From Antedon mediterranea (taxonomy: Eukaryota > Animalia > Echinodermata), in contig NC_092673.1 of NCBI RefSeq assembly GCF_964355755.1, positions 8,680,001-8,744,000 on the forward strand: a stretch of 64,000 nucleotides of DNA. Direction: 5' to 3'. The translations under genes and the position numbers were made by a program. Below the pieces are notes generated by a model that was not told the origin of the DNA, did not search any database, and saw nothing but the letters and a program-made list of their open reading frames with translations. Positions 37,901 to 48,410 of this stretch are shown one piece after another (the first letter of the stretch is position 1; each line of letters begins with the position of its first letter).

Positions 37901-40819
37901 GTACGTAAAACATAGGATTCGTAAAATCCAGGTTGACCTTAAATTGACCCCAAATGCGTAGCTAAAAAGGCTGTCATGTTTACCTACTTTTATTCACGCT
38001 GGCCTAGCTAGATGTGAGGCCTAACTAGAAATATATGCAGGCTGTGCGATGTTTAAATAAAGTGTTATAAATAAAAAATCAATTTTCTTTTATTTTCTAT
38101 CAATAAAAACAGTCACTGCTGTAGGGAGAATGCATGTGTGTGGCTTGTCTCACAGCCTTGGCTTTGTGGTTTGTTGTTAAATCTCGCCCTCAATGTAATA
38201 CATTTCTAAAACGTCAAAATTCAGTGAACGTACAATCAGGGTACATAAAGATTGTACTGTATATAGCAGAAGTATAATATCTAGTCTGCAGACAGTACTG
38301 TTTCGATCTTATTAATATATATATATATATATGAATAACCTTTTAGCACTAATACAGTAACTACTGTTTATGCAATGTTTATGTAGTAACTGCAGTAGAA
38401 TCTTTCTATACATCAAGTTCAACATCATAATATATGTTGCATCATTCTTGCAACAGCTCTGTATAGTCTGATTGAAATCTCACAAACAAAATCGTATGGT
38501 GAACGGGCCTTTGCAATTTATGGGCCCATATCCTATGGAACATACTTCCCAGTGACATCACACAGTGTAGCTCATAAACATTTCTAAATCCCATCTAAAA
38601 ACCCATTTATTGTACCCAGCAATATGTAAAGAGCTGTGAGAACGATTATTTGTTTATTGGCGCTCTATAAAAACAAATTATTATTAATAAATATTATTAG
38701 AATTATGTTGACATGATCCCTTTGTTGAATGTAAAATTATATATTTTATTGAATTCAAAATAATTGCAAATTGATTACAAATTTATTTTCTAAATTATTC
38801 ATGAAATATCAATGTTTAATGTAAATTTCTAAATGTCAATAGGTTTAAGAACAATTCTATTAAGATTAAGTGTATTTGCAGTGATGAAATAAGAGTAACA
38901 TATAATATGGATAAAATATTCATATAGCTTGTAGGAGATTGAGTCATTCATCTTTGATAGCATAAGTAGTACAAACAAGTGCAATTTAAAAAGAAATAAT
39001 AATGTAATTTGTCATTTATTTGCACCATTTTATTTATGTGAACCATAATAACAACAAAGTTATAAAAAATATAAATGTTTTATAAAATTGTACTTTTTAT
39101 TACAGTACTGACTACATATCATATACCCACAAGTTTTACACGGGTAATTAGGTATTAAAAATACCTTCCATACTCATGCAATATGGCATTGAGTAATTTA
39201 ATTGAGAGAATTGCAATTTTTAATTTGTTGATGTTTTGTCCATCAAACAGACAATAGGGACTTTTAGAATTTCACGTCAACTACAGTATGTTGTGATATT
39301 CGCATGCACTAGGCGACTGACAGATCAACTGACAAATTTGAGCACTTGTTCATTGGCATTTTTGGGAGAGCAAACGCCCAAAATGCTAATGAACAAGTGC
39401 TCAAATTTGTCAGTTGATCTGAGTGGATGTATGATGTCATAACACTGCAGAGGTTTACCAAAATCATGGCCAAGAATGATTACTAAGAATGTAGTAAACT
39501 GTGAAAAATTGTGAATTATTGATTTTTATTGGTTATTTTCGATAAAGATTTTGGCCTGGCCGGGTCCTATCACTACAGTAGGCCGACAGCCTTCATTCAA
39601 AAGCTTAAGAATCTAGGCTAGGCCTAAGAAACATACTTAGCCTGGCCTAGCCTGTGCACTTCCACCGGCCCAGCGCAGTGGAATAGCTCCACAGACAAGC
39701 GCTACTACTAAAGATTACAAGATCAGATCCCTAGATCATTACGTCATACAATTACTGGCATGTCAACATCAATGTCAACATATGGACGTGGACTTTGTTT
39801 ACATTCACTCAAAGTCCCTATACCTCGCAGATAATTCCTTGATACAGTGTTATTTTAAATGTGTACTACATTTAAAAATAATTATACATAAAGAAAAAAA
39901 TTCCATAAATGCATAATTCACATTATTATGACATAGTATCACAGAATTTGTCTATGAAAGCAGGTGTACATTTGTACATGTTGTACTGTTTATTTTGTAG
40001 GTCGTTCGCAAGTTGCTGTTATCTCTTTGCAAGGTAGAATGTATGCTGTTGGTGGCTCTGATTCATGGTTGTGCCTTAATTCTGTTGAAATGTACAATCC
40101 AGAGAATGATGAGTGGCAGATTATCACACACATGAAATCAAACAGACGAGGAGCTGGCCTGTGTCAGTATGATGGTTAGTAACACACAAGTTTTATATTT
40201 AGCCTTATCTTGAACAGCAAAGATACCTGCCCCAGAGGATGACCGCTTCAAAAATATATTTAATACTTTCCCAAAACAATTCCGGTCATTTTGGTACTCC
40301 ATTACCCCCACCCCAGTAGAAATTTGAAACATTGCCAGTAAATTCTGTCATGTTCACTTCAACGACTAATTATATCATACAAATTAAATTCTCACAGAAC
40401 AGTTTACATAGCAATAGATTGTAACATAGTAATAGACCCAACACACCCCAATGACAACAATGGCACCACAAAAACAAACAAATTTATTTCTAATTATAGG
40501 AAAACTGTATGTTTTTGGTGGCAGTGATGGTTCTAATGTTCTGAACACCGTAGAATGCTACGATCCTGAAAATGATGAATGGACAGCAATCACAAGTATG
40601 GAGACTCCACGTGTTAACGTTGGTGTTGTAGCTATCGATGGAAAAATATATGCTGTTGGTGGCTTTGATGGCAAGAATTTTCTGAATACCATGGAATGTT
40701 ACGACCCTGAGATCAACCAGTGGACGATGCATGCCACACATATTTTCCGAAATCGAGCACGCTGTTCAACGCCCTCGCCTCCAGGATCTCCTATGAGCGA
40801 GTTAAATCTGTCCATATAA
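10708..40819 (+). CDS. IVNS1ABP: Influenza virus NS1A-binding protein homolog (BTB-BACK-Kelch), spliced gene, about 662 aa; join(10708..10970,15983..16107,16416..16540,20195..20317,21075..21348,27502..27714,35875..36120,36747..36872,40001..40174,40500..40819)
   Basis: All ten exons have AG/GT boundaries, phases are compatible and the total is 1989 nt. BTB motif EILAHRAVLSCTSPY, BACK segment EFHQLPRLQ-IEVI, family-type linker VQTL...WKVIAS...YVAVALLNG...SAIGTAEIDGKLIALGGYDRGEC and Kelch repeats match the recalled human IVNS1ABP sequence. Start is uncertain: the frame is open back to the acceptor at 10672. Confidence 0.9.
11699..13385. repeat. Degenerate array of roughly 125-180 bp units
   Basis: About 7 recurrences of GGCTACGATCG...GCTAGCGCGCTATGAAGTG...TTCCGGCCAACTA...CCTACTGATGAGTAGGC; 11699-11842 duplicates 12323-12487. 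Confidence 0.8.
15983..16107 (+). CDS. IVNS1ABP: IVNS1ABP-like exon, BTB C-terminus
   Basis: ttttag|A CTT GAG...TTA G|gtaagt; LEVPHNQVKEIYKAARHLEVSRVRSACKDHIVSYLSAKNSL. Not in the ORF track. Confidence 0.9.
16416..16540 (+). CDS. IVNS1ABP: IVNS1ABP-like exon, BACK domain
   Basis: ttag|GA ATG...CTT CAG|gtaagc; MRLFAEAQKDKDLIATIDSFILENIEDITLSNEFHQLPRLQ. Confidence 0.9.
16664..17733. mobile_element. Putative TIR element with GGCC-poly(A) ends
   Basis: GGCCAAAAAAAA...AATT / ACAATTTTTTTCTTTTGGCC; same end style as 21511-23470; degenerate. Confidence 0.45.
20195..20317 (+). CDS. IVNS1ABP: IVNS1ABP-like exon, BACK domain
   Basis: ttttag|ATT GAA...CAA TCG|gtatgt; IEVIAMKELACVSDRVIFEMALDWTRRTVRHGSDITTLMQS; phase 0/0. 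Confidence 0.85.
21075..21348 (+). CDS. IVNS1ABP: IVNS1ABP-like exon, intervening region
   Basis: atag|GTT CAA ACT...GAA G|gtaagc; VQTLLLTEGNLLKD...KWKVIASADME. Confidence 0.88.
21828..22499. mobile_element. pogo-like MITE, copy 2
   Basis: Same TIR and body as 4176-4842; TA TSD. Confidence 0.9.
22525..23274. mobile_element. Second pogo/Tigger-like MITE family
   Basis: TIR CCGTATATTTCGGTGTATAAGTCGCAC / GTGCGATTATACACCGAAATATACGG; TA TSD. Confidence 0.88.
25648..26062. mobile_element. pogo-like MITE, copy 3 (inverted, diverged, internally deleted)
   Basis: CCGTACTGACACGGGTATAAGCC...GTCAGTACGG with TA flanks; body is reverse-complement similar to 4176-4842. Confidence 0.85.
26810..26970 (+). 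mobile_element. L2-like LINE 3' fragment
   Basis: KLPEHVKSANSLNSFKSNLKR resembles an L2/CR1 ORF2 C-terminus, followed by a GCGCCATGAG...GCGCAATATAAG...TTATTAT tail. Confidence 0.6.
27502..27714 (+). CDS. IVNS1ABP: IVNS1ABP-like exon, linker and start of Kelch 1
   Basis: tttttag|GA GAA CGG...TTA G|gtaagt; ERYVAVALLNG...MKNAKSAIGTAEIDGKLIAL. Confidence 0.9.
27908..28375. repeat. Minisatellite, 43-bp unit x 11
   Basis: Unit GTCTTTTTAGCTAGGCTGCATACATCACCTCAAACATACAGAT, head to tail with no spacers. Confidence 0.95.
28565..28625 (-). mobile_element. tRNA-derived SINE head fragment
   Basis: Minus strand A-box-like TGTGGCACAGTGTG and B-box GGGTTCGAATCC; no complete cloverleaf. Confidence 0.5.
29072..29545 (-). 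mobile_element. CR1-like LINE 3' end
   Basis: Minus strand LAHFKIKFKEYLLSAY (ORF2-like end), AT-rich UTR, stem-loop GGTGACCATCTG...GGTCTTCC, AATAAA and terminal TTGAAAC TTGAAAC repeat. Confidence 0.65.
29634..30221 (+). mobile_element. 5'-truncated Penelope-like element (GIY-YIG endonuclease end) with inverted pLTR
   Basis: Translation KTRIKEHKKD...KSAITDHMTTHNHIPNWDKIEIL...KRKIKESISI...MNRDEG fits a PLE GIY-YIG domain; 90-bp perfect inverted repeat 29665-29754 / 30134-30223; TAAGCAATTAATA at 29621-29633 and 30222-30234. Confidence 0.92.
30129..30172 (+). ncRNA. Minimal type I hammerhead ribozyme in the Penelope pLTR
   Basis: GCAA CTGAAGA A GTC a AGCT gac AGCT a GAC GAAA C T G TC TTGC: stem I GCAA/TTGC, CUGANGA and GAAA cores, GUC cleavage triplet ending at 30168. 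Confidence 0.8.
31916..34762 (+). mobile_element. Degraded Academ-like DNA transposon (transposase, XPG/PIN-like domain, Cys8 finger)
   Basis: Left end TAGTCCAGTCA; fragments ITFLPMID...LTFDQPLYWKA...IVLRLG, VDPQLLFQRL, YFLDGGALIHRVPW...IVFDGY and CGCKTQCNTKRCTC...C; many stops, frameshifts and deletions; right TIR not seen. Confidence 0.75.
32225..32621 (+). mobile_element. Helentron/Helitron-like non-autonomous fragment inside the Academ-like element
   Basis: Repeated AGGTCA motifs, CACCAAACTT, and 3' end GGCGGAGGTTTGTACTCTCTGAGT...CTAGTT. Confidence 0.55.
35875..36120 (+). CDS. IVNS1ABP: IVNS1ABP-like exon, Kelch repeats
   Basis: ttaag|GT GGC TAT GAT...TCA G|gttagc; GYDRGECRNTVEMYDPVSNQW...VYAVGGSNG. 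Confidence 0.92.
36369..36509. mobile_element. Small degenerate CCGTA-ended MITE
   Basis: CCGTATATCTTCCAGTATAATCCC / GGGATTATTATTACTAGAGGATATTATACGG. Confidence 0.45.
36747..36872 (+). CDS. IVNS1ABP: IVNS1ABP-like exon, Kelch repeat
   Basis: tttaag|GT GCT...CAA G|gtaagt; LFVVGGTSGGKGLRTCEVYDPSTNAW. Confidence 0.92.
37591..38332 (-). mobile_element. (TA)n-flanked element with direct repeats carrying hammerhead remnants; Tc1-like MITE inside (about 37859-38259)
   Basis: CTGCAGACAGTACTGTT at 37609 and 38286; (TA)n on both sides; inner TA-CAGTAGAACCTTTA...TAAAGATTGTACTG-TA. Confidence 0.5.
38485..38690 (+). mobile_element. L2-like LINE 3' fragment
   Basis: KSYGERAFAIYGP..LWNILP...SHLKTHL and tail TGTAAAGAGC...GGCGCTCTATAAA...TTATTATT. 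Confidence 0.7.
40001..40174 (+). CDS. IVNS1ABP: IVNS1ABP-like exon, Kelch repeat
   Basis: ttttgtag|GT CGT...GAT G|gttagt; MYAVGGSDSWLCLNSVEMYNPENDEW. Confidence 0.92.
40500..40819 (+). CDS. IVNS1ABP: IVNS1ABP-like last coding exon, Kelch repeats and C-terminal tail
   Basis: ttatag|GA AAA CTG...ATA TAA; IYAVGGFDGKNFLNTMECYDPEINQW. Confidence 0.92.
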
Positions 40820-43813
40820 AGATTTTATGTGATATAACCATATTTTGTGTTGGTTACAAATACACCCCTGTCTGATGTGGTCTATTAAAGTAAGGCATAT
40901 AAATAGCTTGAATGAAAATGCAGTTCAATATAGTTTAGATAAAAAGAAATTTATACTTTAAGTTGAGGATTGAGAAGTGCTAGTAAATGTAAAATGATTA
41001 CCTAATTGAAAGTAACAGCAGTTTATCCCTTACAGTTTATAATCAGTATTTCATGTTTCCTTCGATGTTTCCAAGATTTGGTGTCTTTTTTTTTGTCTTG
41101 AAAGCAAAATGAACTGTTGTAGTTCTCTGTATGCCCAGTGGTATATTTATTAATGTTGTTTCATATACCACCTCTAGTGAAATATTTTCTAATTCATTTA
41201 GGTTTTAAACAACAGGATAATTAGCATTGTTTTTACAGTGTACTGTACATGCCCAAAAGCCAAAAGGATTTGATCATGTGTCTAGTTTGTTTTTGTACAA
41301 TCCTAATCTGTTCAAGCTCATGGCATTGGATAAGAATTCAAAGTGTTTACTTTCCCATCTAGCACTTAAAATGGACATTTTTTCAAAATCACTGATGCGT
41401 CAAGAAGTGGCATTCATCCTCTCCGATTCCTGTTGTGTCTGTTGATTGGCTGTTGTAAATATCACTGAAGCATCAAGATAAGCTTTATGATCATACAGTG
41501 AGTGCGACTTCTGGGTATCTGGAGATAGCATAGTCCTTTAATGGAACCCAAGAACTTGCCACTCAAAAACGTGCATCAAAGAATAATAACTACTTACCTA
41601 ATGTGATGTTTGACATGGACTACAATTATTGGTATTACATCGATAGTTTTGGCATGGAAACATACAGCTTTATTAACTTAATGAAATCAAAGGCAAATTA
41701 CCTGAAAAAATGACAATGCTGTGGGTATCAGTTGCTGGATCTCAATGAATTTATAAAATACAAGCAACAGCAATGCAAGTCAAAACAAAAGTAAAACAGG
41801 CAGAGCTTTCAGGCAACAAATGATGACATTTTAGAAATAAATAATTATTAAAATATATAAAAAATATGAATACACAATTTGGGCTCAAGAGCAAATTAAT
41901 ATGTGGTCATATTTTGAAGAATTTAAATTTTTGGACTGAAAGTAAAAATTAGTCCAGGGAAATGTTTGACAGATCTATGTTAATTGCCAGAAATACAGTA
42001 TTTTGTCAAAAAATGATATATTTAGGAACCATTTTTTAATTTGGGTTTATTTTCAATACAACATATCTTGGTTTAAAAAAAGCAAAATGTATTTTGAACT
42101 AATGCCCTTAGAGTATATTTTTGATAACAATGTTTGTTTTTATCTTAATTTCTAGGTTTTTAGCTGCAAACAGTGAGCCTTGACTTTGAAAATGAAATAG
42201 AATGTTTAATTATTTGAAGTAATTGAAATTCATTCAACTTGTTATTAATCCAATTTCTAAGCTTGAATTAAAAACACAAAAAATGTGTCTCTGTTTAACG
42301 TAAATTTTACAGAATTTTGAAATCATAAAATCAGAATAACTTTATTTTTTTATATTATGTGTATGATCTAAAATGTTACTTCAAGAAATAGTTTGGCAAA
42401 AAATAATGTTCAAAACAGTATTTAAAATTCATTATGGAAATATTAAGATCAAATAAATATGAAATAAAATAGTGTAGTAAGACAATTCAGAGGTTGAGTT
42501 AAAACATATTACGTGCTGGAACTACTGTGCATCAAATAAGGATTTTTATGATGTTGTCTTTTCTACCTGAAAAAATGGTAGTTTTATTTGGTTTTTTTTT
42601 ATTAATAATTAAAGATGTATTGTACCCCAAAAACATGAACAATGAAATTACTAAAATCATACTCAGGCCATCTTCTGTAGAAAAAACCCCCAAAAAGCAA
42701 TGTTTTCACTTATAACAAGACAAAATAAATGGTTACATTCAATCAAAAACCCATTGACTTCAAGTCAATTTGATTATTTATTTACATTGAATTAGTTTTT
42801 TCAGGTACGGTAAATAATTTTTTTTTTGTTATCAAATGTTTGGTCATAGTGAATTATTACAGTATATGGCATATTCAACAACAATTTAAAAAGTGGGTGT
42901 TTTTTTAGGGGACAATATATTTTTAATGTGAAATGAAAATTGCATAGAAATAAAATACTGTAATATGGAAAACAATTTGACATTCCGAATAAAACAATGT
43001 ATAAGATAGAACCTTTATTATATTCATGGACCTATAAATACAGTTTTAGATCTATGATATAATGATGCTACTGGATATATAAACATTGTTAACCTTTATT
43101 ATTTTGCTACATAAACATCACAATAGATATACAGTAGTAGCAAAGTATGGTATTTTGTTAATTAATTGCCAAACTGTAATGTAATTTAGGACAATTGGTT
43201 TATGCTGTTTTGATGACTGTATATATTTGTATATCTTGAGGGAGGTACTGGTTGAGTTTGTATAGCATTGTTAGAGTTTTCACACCAAGTGGTTGTATTG
43301 TTTAGTCACAAGAAAGAAAGAAAGTTGCAAAGTATGATTGAATGTTCATTCAAGTGTCTAATTTAAATTTATGTATTTGTTATTTTTATTTGATTTGTTG
43401 TATATTATGTGCAAAAATCTAGATATGTTAGGTGCTCTTATTATTTTATGATTTTCTGATTGTAGTGTTAATATTTTTGTTATGAATTTGAGTGAGGTTT
43501 TGAAAGAAATGCGAGATTAGTGAAAGGATCATTTATATATGCCTAGTTGTTTATTACAGCTTATCACTGTTGTCCACACCTACCCATGTGTTGTCCACAA
43601 GGCATGTCAAGTTTTAGAAATGGATATCTGAGGTATAAATGCCAAAGTGCTATTATAAGCGTTTATTCCAATGACTGATAGACAGTAGAGTGCCTCTATT
43701 TCCTTCAGGAGGATTCTGATGCAAGTCGTTAGAATTTAACACATTTTTTTTAAATGATCTATTTGTATTGTAATGTGTCATTGAAACAAGAAATTACATA
43801 TATATATATACAT

Positions 43814-43819
43814 AATAAA
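43814..43819 (+). terminator. Candidate polyadenylation signal of the IVNS1ABP-like gene
   Basis: AATAAA followed by T/GT-rich sequence at the end of about 3 kb with no obvious TE after the stop; other AATAAA sites exist. Confidence 0.3.
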
Positions 43820-45268
43820 ACTTGTTGATCAAGTTTTATTCTCCTCCAGCATATCAAATGTGTGAATGCAGCAAGTTTTCATCAAAGAGCAAACATATGT
43901 GATGTAAAAAAGGCAACTACAGTAGTAGATAATAAAATAGTAGTGTACATTCTGTTGTCATGCAATGTTGGGCAAATTTTGAACTAAACAAACAAACATT
44001 CTAGAATATTTGCAATATTTCTAATAGATTAATAGGAAATGGTATCGTATTCAAACATTGGAAATTTATGCTTTGTACTTTAGCAGAAAGTTTCAGTAAA
44101 ATTTCATGTTAGTTTATTTCTGAAGTGAAAAATAAAGAAATTAAAAATTATGGAATAGTTTTTGTTTACTTTGTAGTGCCAAATATTATTATATGGACCC
44201 TTTTTTCCTTTTTTTGAAAATCTGGTAAAGGTTTGGGGTGATATTGTTTATATAGCACCCTCTATAATTTTGTAATTTATCTCGTGATGATTTCTGCCCG
44301 AGACCTTGAGGAATACACGTTCCACCTGCTAGCTATGATGTATTCTCATTATCTATAAATAAATTTACATAAGAGAAAAATTTGGTAAATCATGCATATA
44401 CTTCTAGAATTTCTAGAATTTTTACTCGATGGTATATAAAGTTGGTTCATATGTTCGGCACTGATTTTAACCACCTAATTAAGTTGAGTTAGATAATTAT
44501 TTATGGTTCAACGATTTTCCCCCAGTAGGGGTGTTTCCGATTGTGGTATACACTGTCTAATGGATGTCGATGCTAAAAAATACCTGCACACAATCTGCAA
44601 TCATACGAGGATGGTTCACATTTACGATAATTGTTTTTAATAGCTGAAAAGTGGTTTTAACAGCTCGACTACAACATCATAATGTTGAAGACAAGCCAGT
44701 TTTTTTATAAACATACTATTTTGATAGATTTAATATACGTTTATACAAACATACTGTTTGGCGATGAATGGAACATTATAATTATTTAGTATATAACGTA
44801 TAACATATACAAGTAGGTAAATTTATGAACCCTTGGGGGATAAACATAAAAACTTTGACAATAAATACATAAAGCATTTTTTTGTGGCCATTTGACTGTG
44901 GGTACTGTTTAAACACATAGGCCTAGTTATACAAATAAATTACTGACAGTTGCTTCTCAACATTAATTGTATTAATTAATAATAACAAATATAAACCTCA
45001 TAGTGGTGTATTGTTACCAGGAAGGTATAAAACCTCTGGTTACATTTCAATTCAGTTTCAATAAAGTATTAAATCACAAATGTTTTACTGTATTTAGTGG
45101 TATATTATTTATAAAACATAAAAACAAATATGTCGTTGCGGATAAAGAATATAGTTTAATTTCGTTCCTCTTTGCACCCATCCTCTTCATAATCACAATT
45201 GTCCGGGTGCTAATTTTAGTTGACTACATAAACCGTGTCTATTTATTCGTAGTCCTGTGGTACGTACA

Positions 45269-46054
45269 CAGGGACGGACGCAGGGGTGTTGCCCCAGTTG
45301 CCCGGGCAACACCCTTAATTTCATACTACCGGTAAATGTTTTTTTCTGCCACTAAATTAAAATTTAGATCCCATTTCGTCATATTATATATTAACTGTTA
45401 ACGTTATAGAAGTCCAGGGTTGGAAAAGACTATATTTATCTTCATTTCCCTACGTCCGTAATATTTGGGCGAATTTCCGTAATAATTACGGACGTTCCGA
45501 ACTTTGAAAAAACAGTGTTTAATTGCTTCTTTCTTCAAATTTCGATGGTGGTTGCACAGTTTATAGTGGATAAATGAAAATGAATTTTGGAAATTGTGGT
45601 TTTACTGACTTATTCAGCATTTATTTCAAAATAATACAATTTAACGTTTTGCTCACTATATTTATAGCAGCAGCTTCACATTTTTTTTCTAAATTGTTTT
45701 AATTATTAATTGATAATAATTAATTTGTATTAATTGATTTTAATTGCTAGAATTTATTACATTACCGGAAGTACCTTCGTCGGGGACCTCCTCTGCCTTA
45801 AAATGTTATCCTATTGTTTTCGCTTGTGTTTTACCGGCCTGATACGATCTGTTTGCTACTATGTAGCCCGATATAGAGAGTCATTTCTATTTGTCGTGAA
45901 TTTTACGCGCGAGATTACATTTCCGGCCATCTAGGGGTGTCATTTAACAAAAATTCCCGCCACAGGCCCCCCATGGTGGGGCCTATACTCAGTATAGCTA
46001 GGGCTCTCTGGAATCTTGGGCAACCCCCGTAAAATCGTCCTGCGACTGCCCCTG
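45269..46054. mobile_element. hAT-like MITE with an apparent 5-bp TSD
   Basis: CAGGGACGGACGCAGG / CCTGCGACTGCCCCTG, subterminal GGGCAAC motifs, GTACA on both flanks. Confidence 0.7.
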
Positions 46055-46533
46055 GTACATTTGAAATCACCATTTTTTTTACGCTGAAATTACTGTGTAT
46101 TTTGGAACTACGGTATCTGTGGGCACAACCTAGATGTAGTCTTATTAATTCTAGACACTCACTATAGTGGAATGGAAGTTTTTTACTTCACTATCAACAG
46201 GTATTCATGTTTTGGGAAGCATGTTGACTAAGAGTACAATCACACGTACAGCGTAAGAAGTGGTAAGGTAAGCCACAGATTAAAATGCGCCGGTGTTCAC
46301 ACGTACAGCATTCGTTATATCAATGAATGGCGTTAAACAAAGAAATCCAAGTATTGTTTAAGTTTGAAAAGTTAAATCCAGATTTTTTTTTTTAAACCAT
46401 TTCTTGAAATATCGTCAGCACTTCGTTACCGGAAAACACTCTGCTTTTGGCCATTATTTACTTTTATTTCACACTAAACAATTCATGCGCATTTAGATTG
46501 AAGAGCAGCTGAATAGCTTGTTTTTATTACTCA

Positions 46534-47293
46534 TAGCTAGATCAACTTTCGTATGCACTTTGAGGTCCAGAGAATTTGACTTCAGAAATTGGTTCAGGGT
46601 GGTAATTTTGGCATGGTTACACATTTTGAAAATGTGGCAAAAGGTCAGGGTGAAAGGTTATAAGACCAAACAACAATATGTCCTTAAATCTCGACAAAAC
46701 CTGGTCACAGCAAGGTAATTTTGGTCTCAAATTCATCAGAAGGTATACATTTATATTCAGTCTAATGGGACATTTTAGTGAAAAAATGACCGAAACTGCC
46801 ATTTCTGAACTTTGACCCACATATATATATGTATCTTCGTAACTATTGGTCTTAAATTGTTCAAAATATACATTTTGTTATTTGTTACACATTTAAAAAA
46901 AATGTTACAAGTGATCAAAGGGTCAGGGTCAAGGGTTATATAAACAAATATAAATAGGTACCTGATCTCGGCAACCAATGGTCGCAGCAAGTCAATTTTG
47001 GTCTCAAAATGTTCAGAAGACATGTATTCATATTCAGTCTAATGGGGCATTTTAGTCAAAAATTTGACCCACATACCAGGGCATCTCTGTAAGTACTGGT
47101 TGTAGAAACTTAAATTTGGTATCAAATTGTTCAAAATATACATATTTACATTAATTCTAATATAAAATTTGACCTTTTGCCACATTTTCAAAATGTGTAA
47201 CCAAGCCAAAAATGATTGTTTGACCATCCTTAAACCAATTTCGGAAGTCAAATTCTCTGGACCTTCAAGTGCATACGAAAGTTGATCTAGCTA
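46534..47293. mobile_element. Long-TIR non-autonomous element with TAG...CTA ends (Academ-like)
   Basis: Perfect 27-bp TAGCTAGATCAACTTTCGTATGCACTT inverse, extending imperfectly to about 115 bp; flanks CTCA / CTAA. Confidence 0.85.
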
Positions 47294-47551
47294 CTAAAGT
47301 ATCATCAGCAATAAAATTTACAATACACAGTAAAAAACAAGAATTGGTAAAATATCTTGAAATAAGGTCAAAATCATTCAAGCGTCGCTGAAGTTAGCTC
47401 TGTGGCATTAGTTAAGATAGGGTATGTAGCTGTCATTAATAACGCCACGGATGTGGCGTTAACTACTGTAATAGTTCACACACCAGGCATAGGCTACACA
47501 AGACGTACGTCATGGCTTACACCATGCGCGTGAAATATCTACCCAGCTGGA

Positions 47552-47761
47552 TTTTCCACTGAACATTATAGATTATGTTGATAAACGAAATGATACTTCT
47601 CTTAATGGATACATCTAACATTAAGTGGTGCTAGTAGGTCAAGAAACAACCTCCATATTGAGGATTTTCCAATGAACATTATAGATATGTTGATAAACGA
47701 AATGATACTTTACTCAATGGATACATAAAGTGGTGCTAGGTCAAGAACAACCTCCATATTG
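47552..47761. repeat. Imperfect tandem duplication, about 110 bp x 2
   Basis: TGAACATTATAGA...GTTGATAAACGAAATGATACTT...CAACCTCCATATTG occurs twice. Confidence 0.85.
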
Positions 47762-47882
47762 GGTGACTTTCCCTTCAAAATTTACAAAATATTGTTGTAT
47801 TCACATGTTAAAAAACAATATTGATCCAATTCCTATGCAGTTATTCAGATAACTATGAAAGTTGTTGTGTGTATATGTGAAG

Positions 47883-47888
47883 TTTATT
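47883..47888 (-). terminator. Candidate polyadenylation signal of SELENOF
   Basis: AATAAA on the minus strand about 120 nt downstream of the SECIS; an ATTAAA near 47965 is an alternative. Confidence 0.45.
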
Positions 47889-48009
47889 GATTGATGAAGC
47901 AGCTTCTTAATTCTTTAGTTATTAATTGACTTCACACAAACAAAAGAGATTTCTATAAAGACTTTTTAATTTTCAAATAAAGAATGATGTTGAACAATGT
48001 TTGCAGAGG

Positions 48010-48080
48010 ACAAGTGCTGGTATTATCAAGAACTGAACGCCTATTTAGGTTTATTTCAGAGCCGTCATAAATGCATTTGT
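48010..48080 (-). promoter_or_regulatory. SECIS element (type II) in the SELENOF 3' UTR
   Basis: Minus strand ACAAATGC attt ATGA C GGCTCTGAA at AAA CCTA aa TAGG cg TTCAGTTCT TGAT aatacca GCACTTGT: AUGA/UGAU core, helix II, unpaired AAA, CCTA/TAGG ministem and helix I; about 330 nt after the stop codon. Confidence 0.9.
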
Positions 48081-48410
48081 ACCTCTATTAACAGACTAAG
48101 GCATATCTATGCAAAGAATCAACTATTTCCTAAAATATTCTTATTTACTAATTTCAGCACTATCTGCACTTTTCTGTGTCTTTTTTTATTTTGCCTGTTG
48201 CTAAAATTTATCTAAAAATTGCCATAAGAATAGAATATGCACAATACAAGCTAAAACTTGAGTGATATTATGTTAGGATTTTGTCTTGAAGACTATTGAG
48301 CGTTACATAATTTGAATCATTAATTTTTGGTGTAATTATTTTACTAAGGAAATGGGTGAATCTTTGCTATTCCATAGCTGCAACACAAGATTTTACATTA
48401 ACATTTTTCT

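Noticed and set aside
42527-47251. Short ORFs of 60-110 aa between the two genes
   Set aside because: Low-complexity translations of AT-rich or MITE sequence with no motifs or splice support.
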